Part shown: piece after piece, positions 17,097 through 24,000 of the stretch
How positions within the stretch are numbered: position 1 is the first letter of the stretch
How the letters are laid out: every line of letters starts with the position of its first letter
Source: Thermococcus kodakarensis KOD1
GTDB lineage: Archaea; Methanobacteriota_B; Thermococci; Thermococcales; Thermococcaceae
DNA length: 24,000 bases
Assembly (NCBI RefSeq): GCF_000009965.1
Contig: NC_006624.1
Coordinates: 1,933,989 to 1,957,988, forward strand
Direction: 5' to 3'
Notes under the pieces: model-generated
Database searches by the model: none
Told to the model about the DNA's origin: nothing
What the model saw: only the letters and a program-made list of their open reading frames with translations
Made by a program: the position numbers and the translations under genes

Positions 17097-17201
17097 AATC
17101 ACCACCAGAACCTTGGTAGTTTTTAACCGTATAAGCTCTTCGGTTTTTAGGCTGGCAAAATGATATAAACCCAGCTCCGGACTGCCTCCAGGTGAGACGA
17201 G

Positions 17202-18569
17202 ATGGAAGTTGAGAGACTCATCAGGTCTGCGGAAGAGCTGGCGAGAAAGCACGGTATTGGTTATTATGAAATCAGGATTTCAAGGGTGGTCATGACCGAG
17301 GTGTCCATGAGCAACGGTCAGCTCAGGGGGCTTTCCAGTAACTCCGAGACGGGAATAGGCGCGAGGGCCTTCAACGGAGCGTGGGGATTCTCAAGCGCAA
17401 ACGACTTTGAAAGGTTTGAGAAAGCGATAGAAACAGCCATGAAAATAGCCAAGCTCTCCCGGGGAGAGTCAAAGATATACACTGGCGATCCCGTTGTTGA
17501 TGATGCCGAGATGCCCGTGAAAAGGCCCTTCTCCGATATAAACATTGAAGAAAAGGTTGCCCTTGTGAAGGAGACCGATTCCATGCTGACTGGCGAGAGA
17601 ATAGTGAACAGGAACGTCTCTTACCGCGATACTGTTGTGGAAACCTTCTATTTCAACTCCCTGGGGAGCGAGATAAGGACGGTTGTTCCCAGGATACGCT
17701 TCGGGTTTTCCGTAACTGCGAAGGAGAACGGGGAGATGCAGCAGTACTGGAAGAGCTTCGGGGGAACGCTGGGCTGGGAGATGGTTGAGGGAATTGACAT
17801 TTCTCACTGGACTTCCCTGGTAGTTGAAAAAGCGAGGGCGCTGTTAAAAGCCAGTTCTCCCCCGTCGGGCGAGTTCCAGGTGATAGCCGACCCGGAGCTT
17901 ACGGGCCTCTTCATCCATGAGGCGCTTGGACACGCAGTCGAGGCAGACCTCGTGAAGAACGGGGACAGCATTTTGGCCGGAAAACTCGGACAGAAGATAG
18001 CGGTTGATGGGCTTACAGTCGTTGATGACCCAACCCTCCCGGGCAAGTTCGGCTCCTACATCTACGACGACGAGGGAATAAGGGCCAAGAGGGTTGAGAT
18101 TATTCGCGACGGCGTCCTGGTGAACTACCTCAACGACCGCGAGACGGCCCAGTACTTCGGCCTTGAGCCGAACGGCCACGGGAGGGCGCAGAGCTATGCC
18201 CACCAGCCCCTCGTAAGGATGGGCAACACATACGTCGAAGCTGGCGACTGGTCGTTCGAGGAAATGCTTGAGGAGGTCAAATACGGGCTTTATATGATAG
18301 GCGACAAGGGAGGACAGGTGGATACCGCCAACGGAACCTTCACCTTCGGTGCGAGGGAAGGCTACATAATCGAGAACGGCGAGCTTAGGAAGATGGTGCG
18401 CGACGTTGCCCTCTCGGGAAAAATCCTTGACGTTCTCAAGAGCATCCGCGCCATTGGAAAGGACGTCAGGATTGAGTACCCTGGATACTGCGGCAAGGGG
18501 CAGTCGGTTCCCGTGGATGATGGCGGCCCGCACCTACTCACGAAGGCCCTTGTGGGGGGATTGAAATGA
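17202..18569 (+). CDS. tldD: TldD/PmbA family protein, TldD subunit
   Basis: 455 aa; LFIHEALGHAVEADLVKNG (HExxxH metal motif), C-terminal VDDGGPHLLTKALVGG. Confidence 0.9.
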   Translation: MEVERLIRSAEELARKHGIGYYEIRISRVVMTEVSMSNGQLRGLSSNSETGIGARAFNGAWGFSSANDFERFEKAIETAMKIAKLSRGESKIYTGDPVVDDAEMPVKRPFSDINIEEKVALVKETDSMLTGERIVNRNVSYRDTVVETFYFNSLGSEIRTVVPRIRFGFSVTAKENGEMQQYWKSFGGTLGWEMVEGIDISHWTSLVVEKARALLKASSPPSGEFQVIADPELTGLFIHEALGHAVEADLVKNGDSILAGKLGQKIAVDGLTVVDDPTLPGKFGSYIYDDEGIRAKRVEIIRDGVLVNYLNDRETAQYFGLEPNGHGRAQSYAHQPLVRMGNTYVEAGDWSFEEMLEEVKYGLYMIGDKGGQVDTANGTFTFGAREGYIIENGELRKMVRDVALSGKILDVLKSIRAIGKDVRIEYPGYCGKGQSVPVDDGGPHLLTKALVGGLK

Positions 18570-19855
18570 TCGATGTCATTGAGAGCCTCGCTGAAATCCT
18601 GAACTCAAAGGACGTTGAATGGGAAATCTACTGGGAGAGCGGGAGGAGCGGTTCCTTCAGGATAGAGCGTGAGACCCTCGACCGCTCTCAGAGGAAGTTC
18701 TACTCCGGCATTGGCCTAAGGGTGGGACTGAACGGAAAGCTCGGCTTCTCTTATATAACTGGCATCCACCACTCTCGTTCAGAGCTTGAAAAGTTCGTGG
18801 AGCGGACGATAAAGCTGGCCAAGGTAAGTGAGGTTCCTTTCAGGGGTTTCCCCGTTCCATCTAAAGTTCCCGAGGTCAAGGGAATATACGACAGAAAGAT
18901 CGAAGAAATACCCTTTGAGGATGCCCACGCTCTCGCGCTCCAGTACGCTGAGAAAATGAGGGAGCTGAAGGAAAAAGAGACCCTTTCGGGCTCGATCTCC
19001 CTGGCCTTTGAGAGGTATGGTGTCGTGAACTCCAACGGAGTTGAGCTTGAAGCCTCTTCAACGTACATGGGGGTCTCTGCCTACGCGGTCAGGGAGGACA
19101 CTCCAGGAAACGGGTCGTTCTACCAGAGCTACCGCTCCCTCCAGGGCATCGAAGCCCTTGAAGAGGCCATAATGAAAGCGAAGGAGGATGCAGAGCTAAG
19201 CGCCAGGGCGAAGAGGCTTGAACCCTACGAGGGAGAAGTAGTGCTGGAGCCAGAGGCCGTCCTGTCCATTGTGGAAGTCCTCCTTGAGAACTTCTACGGT
19301 GATGAGGTTTACTACGGCAGGAGCAGGTTTTCCAGCTTCGGAGATAGGGTAGCTTCAGAGGACTTTACCCTCCTGGACGATTCAACGCTCGAAGGCCTTC
19401 CGGGAAGCTACCCCTTCGACGGCGAGGGCACTCCTGGGCAGAGAACCACACTGATTGAGAACGGTATTCTAAAGGGCTTTCTCCTCGACCATACTTACGC
19501 CTCCCTGCTCGGACTTAAGAGTACTGGAAACGCAGTTAGAAGCTTCAGGACTGTTCCATCAATAGGATCGAGTAACCTCGTGGTCGAACCTGGGAAAGAA
19601 GGCCTGGAGGACTTTGAAGGGATAATCATAAAGAACGTCTTCGGTGAGCACACCGCCAATCCGGTCAGCGGTGACTTTTCACTTCCAGTTGGTCTCGGCT
19701 ACGTTGTCAGAGATGGAGAGCTCGTTCCCTTCAAAGACAACATGCTCGTGGGCAACGTCTTTGATCTCCTAAAGACGGCCGAGCCTGGAAAGGCCATTAA
19801 AAGAATCTCCTCATTTATGGCTCCGAGGGTTAAGGTTCACGCAAAGATTGTTTAA
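18566..19855 (+). CDS. tldE: TldD/PmbA family protein, TldE-like partner
   Basis: 429 aa; lacks the HExxxH motif; FPFDGEGTPGQRTTLIENGILKGFLLDHTYASLLG; 4-nt overlap with tldD. Confidence 0.85.
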   Translation: MIDVIESLAEILNSKDVEWEIYWESGRSGSFRIERETLDRSQRKFYSGIGLRVGLNGKLGFSYITGIHHSRSELEKFVERTIKLAKVSEVPFRGFPVPSKVPEVKGIYDRKIEEIPFEDAHALALQYAEKMRELKEKETLSGSISLAFERYGVVNSNGVELEASSTYMGVSAYAVREDTPGNGSFYQSYRSLQGIEALEEAIMKAKEDAELSARAKRLEPYEGEVVLEPEAVLSIVEVLLENFYGDEVYYGRSRFSSFGDRVASEDFTLLDDSTLEGLPGSYPFDGEGTPGQRTTLIENGILKGFLLDHTYASLLGLKSTGNAVRSFRTVPSIGSSNLVVEPGKEGLEDFEGIIIKNVFGEHTANPVSGDFSLPVGLGYVVRDGELVPFKDNMLVGNVFDLLKTAEPGKAIKRISSFMAPRVKVHAKIV

Positions 19856-19925
19856 TTATTTGAACAATCTTCCGAGTTTCGATACTTTTTTATATTTCCT
19901 CGTTAAGTAACCACAGGTGGTTGAC

Positions 19926-20585
19926 GTGTCAGTGCTAAATCTCCGTGAGTTCTTGTCTGCCTTTTACCCCGGCGAGACAGTGATGATTGAGTACGACACG
20001 GTTTCAATGCCCGAAGTGCTGTTCTACCTCATATACCTGAACAGGGAAAACCGACCGGTGCTCATTGACGACGTTGCGGATACTCTCTGCGAGACTCTCA
20101 CCAAACTTGAGTTCATGGGTTTTGACGTTTCCGGGTTCAACGATGTGCCCGTTATTAAAATAGGCGGTGGGGAAAGAAACTGCGGCAACGTCCTCGGCGA
20201 GGTTGACGTTGACAGGTATTCTCTGGATATAAGCTACTACGGCAGGATAGTTGAGAAGGCGTCCTTCAATGACGTCGTTCTAAACCCAGTTCTCGGAGTC
20301 CACAAGCTCTTCCTGGCTCTCGAAAGGAGGGGGGCCCTCAGGCTCGTCAAGAACATAGCAACGTTTGAGGGCGACAAGAGGAGAATAGCCTTTTACTTCA
20401 TCAACCGGGACGTGGTTGAGATGTCTTACCCCGAGCTTCTGCCTCTCCTAGAGGAGATTGCAAGCACGGTGATGAACTGGTCCTTTGAGGGTGAAGAATT
20501 CGTGCTTTACGTTTCAAAGTCCGCAAACCTGAATATTATGGGGAAAGGAATCTCTTTTACCCTCGATGAAATCTCTTCCCTTTAG
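19926..20585 (+). CDS. DUF257 family protein
   Basis: VSVLNLREFLSAFYPGETVMIEYDTVSMPEVLFYLIYLNRENRPVLIDDVADTL...; start placed at GTG 19926 after AGGTGG. Confidence 0.75.
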   Translation: MSVLNLREFLSAFYPGETVMIEYDTVSMPEVLFYLIYLNRENRPVLIDDVADTLCETLTKLEFMGFDVSGFNDVPVIKIGGGERNCGNVLGEVDVDRYSLDISYYGRIVEKASFNDVVLNPVLGVHKLFLALERRGALRLVKNIATFEGDKRRIAFYFINRDVVEMSYPELLPLLEEIASTVMNWSFEGEEFVLYVSKSANLNIMGKGISFTLDEISSL

Positions 20586-20629
20586 CCCAAAGCTTTTAAC
20601 TGCCCTCTCTTATCACTTCTGGTGATACA

Positions 20630-22771
20630 ATGGGGAGACTGGTCTCGGTAGTGCTGATAGTCCTACTCCTTACTCCCATCGCCTCTGCCTGGGAAGTTCC
20701 CGAGCGGGGGATAATATACCAGGTCATGGTGGATCGATTTTACGACGGCAACACCTCAAACAACGAACCGTTCTACGATCCGACTCACTCCAACTACCGC
20801 CTCTACTGGGGTGGAGATTTAGAGGGCCTCATTGAGAAGCTCGACTACATCAAGAGCCTTGGAGTCTCAATGATATGGGTCTCGCCGCTCAACGACAACA
20901 TCAACTCCCTCGCCTACGGGAGCGCTCCCTATCACGGCTACTGGACGAGGGACTACAAGAGAATAGAGGAGCACTTTGGGGGCTGGGAGGACTTCAGGCG
21001 GCTCGTTAAGGAGGCCAAAAAGCGGGGAATCTGCATAATCGTTGACTACGTGCCCAACCACTCGAACCCGGTGAACTACGGTGAATATGGTGCCCTCTAC
21101 GACAACGGCACCTTCCTGACGGACTACTTCAAGGACACGAAGAACGCTGAAGTGAACCCGATTACCGGAATCCGTGAGAACGTCTACCACCACAACGGCA
21201 ACATCTACACCTGGAGCGGGATACCGCTTAAGTACGCAAACCTCTATGGCCTCGCCGATTTCAACCAGCTCAACCCGTGGGTGGATTCATACCTCACCGA
21301 GGGGGCCATGCTCTTCGTTGACTCGGGCGCCTGCGGCCTCAGAATAGACGCCGTAAAGCACATGGAGCTCGGCTGGCTCGAGACATTTTACCTCCGCCTC
21401 TACTCCAAGGGGCCGCTCTTCATCTACGGCGAGTACTTCACTCCCTCTCTCCAGAAGGGCGATGACCTCTACGAGTTCTACCGCTACTCGAACGTCTCCC
21501 CGGTTCTCAGTATTCCAATCAGAGAGGACATTGTGAGGATCTTCGCCTTCTTCGGCGGTCTCGACAAGCTCTCCGAGGAGCTTGGAGATTATTACTCCCA
21601 CTTCGTCTATCCAACAAAGGCTGTGAACTTTCTCGACAGCCACGACCTCGTCCGCTTTTTAAACGCTGGCGATAGAAAAGACGAAATTCAGCGCTTTCAC
21701 ATGGCTCTTGCATTAACCCTAACTCTGCCGGGGATTCCTGTAATCTACTACGGCGACGAGAGCTACCTCGTTAGCAAGGACGGAAAGGGCGATCCCTACA
21801 ACAGGCCGACGATGGTCTTCGACAACACCACCGAAGCTTCCAGAATAATCCGCACTCTTGGGGGGCTGAGAAAGACCAACGACGCCCTTGTCTTCGGCGA
21901 CTTCATGACTGTAACAGCATCCTACGAGACCTGGGCCTTTGAAAGAACCTTTGGGAACCACAGCCTTCTCGTGGTCATGAACAAGGGGCCTGCGGTCAAC
22001 CTGACTTTCTCCGTAGACTGGCCCGATGGTAACTACCGCGACGCCCTCTACGGTGGAGAAATGGTCGTGTCGGGCGGGAAGGCTTCTGTTTATCTTCCAC
22101 GGGACAGCGTCTACGTCTTTCACATCGAGGGGGAACAGAAAAAGCCACTTATCGGCTCAATAACTCCCTATGCCGCCCGGCCTGGCCAGGAGATAGTAAT
22201 CGGAGGTGCAGGGTTTGGAAAGGGTGGCAAGGTCATAATCGGCGGTAGGGAAGCAAAGGTTCTTTCCTGGGAAGACGGGAAGATAGTCGTTGAAGTCCCC
22301 AGGCTGGAGACCTCGGCGGCCTGGGTGAACGTTACGGTCGTTTCAGACGGAGGGAGAAGTCCCCCGAGGCCTCTCCGCTACTACTCAGGAAACGACGTTC
22401 CCGCGCTCATAGCCCTCAACGCCAGCCTCGTGGGGGAGGTCTCTGGGACGCTGTGGCTTAGCGGCGACCTTCCAGAGCTTGGAGAACCAAGGCCGCTCCT
22501 GAAGTCGTCAATGGGCTACTACTTCACGGTTGCTCCACTACCAGAAGGCGTGCCGTTCTCAGTCAGGCTCTACGAGGGAAAAGCCTGGGGCGCTTTAAGG
22601 CCGCTGAACTTAACCCTCTACGGCGTTGGGAACAGAACCGTTACCCTTACTGAGAAACCGCCCGGGGTTTCAGAGGGGCAAAAAGCTGGCCAGAAAGATG
22701 TTGCTCTCTATGCTCTCTCAGTGGTTATGATAGCGGCCTTGATTGCAGTAGTATGGAAACGAAAAGGGTGA
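20630..22771 (+). CDS. cgt: Secreted GH13 enzyme with CGTase-like architecture (catalytic domain + TIG domain + CBM20-like domain + C-terminal TM helix)
   Basis: Signal peptide; IIYQVMVDRFYDGNTSNNEPFYDPTHSNYRLYWGGDLEG, VDYVPNHSNP, CGLRIDAVKHMELGW, NFLDSHDLVRF; then SITPYAARPGQEIVIGGAGFG (TIG); C-terminal ALYALSVVMIAALIAVVWKRKG. Confidence 0.82.
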   Translation: MGRLVSVVLIVLLLTPIASAWEVPERGIIYQVMVDRFYDGNTSNNEPFYDPTHSNYRLYWGGDLEGLIEKLDYIKSLGVSMIWVSPLNDNINSLAYGSAPYHGYWTRDYKRIEEHFGGWEDFRRLVKEAKKRGICIIVDYVPNHSNPVNYGEYGALYDNGTFLTDYFKDTKNAEVNPITGIRENVYHHNGNIYTWSGIPLKYANLYGLADFNQLNPWVDSYLTEGAMLFVDSGACGLRIDAVKHMELGWLETFYLRLYSKGPLFIYGEYFTPSLQKGDDLYEFYRYSNVSPVLSIPIREDIVRIFAFFGGLDKLSEELGDYYSHFVYPTKAVNFLDSHDLVRFLNAGDRKDEIQRFHMALALTLTLPGIPVIYYGDESYLVSKDGKGDPYNRPTMVFDNTTEASRIIRTLGGLRKTNDALVFGDFMTVTASYETWAFERTFGNHSLLVVMNKGPAVNLTFSVDWPDGNYRDALYGGEMVVSGGKASVYLPRDSVYVFHIEGEQKKPLIGSITPYAARPGQEIVIGGAGFGKGGKVIIGGREAKVLSWEDGKIVVEVPRLETSAAWVNVTVVSDGGRSPPRPLRYYSGNDVPALIALNASLVGEVSGTLWLSGDLPELGEPRPLLKSSMGYYFTVAPLPEGVPFSVRLYEGKAWGALRPLNLTLYGVGNRTVTLTEKPPGVSEGQKAGQKDVALYALSVVMIAALIAVVWKRKG

Positions 22772-22773
22772 AG

Positions 22774-23355
22774 TCAAATCTCCTCCAACAGCTTCTTTCT
22801 CTTTTCTTCGTACTCCTCCTGGCTTATCACGCCCATGTCGTAGAGCTCCTTGAGCTTCTTCAGCTTTTCGAGCGGGTCTTCTTTCTCTTCCCGAACCTGG
22901 GCTGGCTGGTAAGCTGGCATAGTCCTCGTTACGAATTCCCTCGGCTTCTTCAGAACCCACGTCTCGCTGGTCAGCCCTTTGTTGACGTCTATTGAGACGG
23001 GTTCTACGGCTATGGCGTTGAGGGCATCCTTTATGGCGTTTATCGCCTTTCTAGCTTCCTCCTTGTCCATCCAGCCAAGCTTGAGCGTTATGTTCTCCTC
23101 TCCCTCTATGATAAATTCCGAGCTCATTATACCGAGCTTGACCACGACCTGCTCAAGCTTCTGGTATGGGATGGCCTTGAAGTCGTACCTTCCGAGAACT
23201 TTCTCGTCGAGGTATATTATCCTCCTGTCGGTAACGAGGAGCCACTTTGGCTTTTCGATGCTTATCTTCTTCTTTATGGCGAACAGAACCCTCTCATCCG
23301 GCTCAAGATGTCTTTGAACTGACTTTGGAAGTTTGGGGTTTTCCTCGACTCCCAT
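22774..23355 (-). CDS. PH-like domain plus C-terminal SHOCT-type domain protein
   Basis: MGVEENPKLPKSVQRHLEPDERVLFAIKKKISIEKPKWLLVTDRRIIYLDEK...; C-terminal DPLEKLKKLKELYDMGVISQEEYEEKRKKLLEEI (SHOCT pattern). Start at 23355, not 23583. Confidence 0.85.
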   Translation of the reverse strand: MGVEENPKLPKSVQRHLEPDERVLFAIKKKISIEKPKWLLVTDRRIIYLDEKVLGRYDFKAIPYQKLEQVVVKLGIMSSEFIIEGEENITLKLGWMDKEEARKAINAIKDALNAIAVEPVSIDVNKGLTSETWVLKKPREFVTRTMPAYQPAQVREEKEDPLEKLKKLKELYDMGVISQEEYEEKRKKLLEEI

Positions 23356-23586
23356 GCGTATCACCCATGATGTCTCTGCGGTTATCGTATATGTACTTTG
23401 CTTCCATCCCCTCTTACAGTGCATCTTTGTTTCTATCTGTGGATTCCTCCAGTTAGGTAGCTCCCATACCAAGTGCACACTTACCCGTCTAATTTCCTGA
23501 ACCTTTCGGGCTTGATCTTTCCCAGGGGGTATATCCTCCAAACTCCCTCGACGCCTTTCCTGGGATTCACCCGGGCTGTCCACGCT

Positions 23587-24000
23587 TCAACTCTCTCCCT
23601 CTCTCGTGATTGAGAACTCAAAGCGAAGGGACCCTTGATATTACTCACGAGCTCCCCAGACTTCAGTTTTTGAACAATATCTTCCAACGGGACTTCTTCC
23701 AGCGTCCACGTTTTGTTGCTCGGGGCTTTTACTTTCGCCGTTGTTGAGACTGTAACATTGCCCGGGTAATGAGTGACCGCCCTAATCGTGCCGTTCTCTC
23801 CAGCTTATGAACTCCAGTATTACATTCCTCTCAGGAACGCTCATGGGTGAAGGCAGGCGAAGCAAACCTCTGTATCCTAAGGGGGCCTCGTAGAATCCCG
23901 TGATCTCCCACTCTTCCCGTTATTTTGCCTGCTGATATTTCGCTGTCCTTGACGAGTACAAAGTTAACGTAGGTAGTGCTCTTCTTGGGGACTTTTTCAA
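23587..24000 (-). pseudogene. Fragmentary hypothetical protein gene in four successive frame segments (runs off the right edge)
   Basis: Reverse strand, in order: EKVPKKSTTYVNFVLVKDSEISAGKITG / EWEITGFYEAPLGYRGLLRLPSPMSVPERNVILEFIS / NGTIRAVTHYPGNVTVSTTAKVKAPSNKTWTLEEVPLEDIVQKLKSGELVSNIKGPFA / FEFSITREGES*, each in a different frame from its neighbour. Confidence 0.6.

Noticed and set aside
17844-18533. 229-aa minus-strand ORF
   Set aside because: Antisense to tldD; no recognisable motif.
23481-23687. 68-aa ORF as a standalone small protein
   Set aside because: Its first part is better explained as one frame segment of the disrupted gene; the rest reads through intergenic sequence.

Overview
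The window looks like Thermococcales chromosome (Archaea), judging by protein families, A/T-rich box A promoters and GGTG-type ribosome-binding sites. Housekeeping and metabolic genes: archaeosine synthase (partial), COG1340 coiled-coil protein, carbamate kinase, an FAD-dependent phytoene-desaturase-like oxidoreductase, glyceraldehyde-3-phosphate:ferredoxin oxidoreductase, archaeal FBP aldolase/phosphatase, M20 peptidase, a PAPS-reductase-like ATP pyrophosphatase, an S16 (Lon-like) protease with a CGP-CTERM tail, a TldD/TldE pair, a DUF257 protein, a secreted CGTase-like GH13 enzyme and a PH/SHOCT-type protein. There is an intron-containing tRNA-Trp whose intron reads as a box C/D guide RNA. 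The best candidate for an undescribed system is at about 4776-7952: an A/T-rich promoter, a tiny SD-preceded ORF that looks like a RiPP precursor (a CX3C peptide reachable only by a -1 frame change), a T-rich terminator-like run, a radical SAM/SPASM peptide maturase, and an overlapping ABC ATPase/permease pair. The permease also has an apparent 1-nt frameshift near its C-terminus. A second unusual region (about 11.85-12.70 kb) has no convincing ORF and holds three repeated modules. Their GC-rich hairpins are spaced about 260 nt apart and their stems covary. The right edge holds a frameshift-ridden gene remnant. All calls are from reading the sequence; no database search was run.
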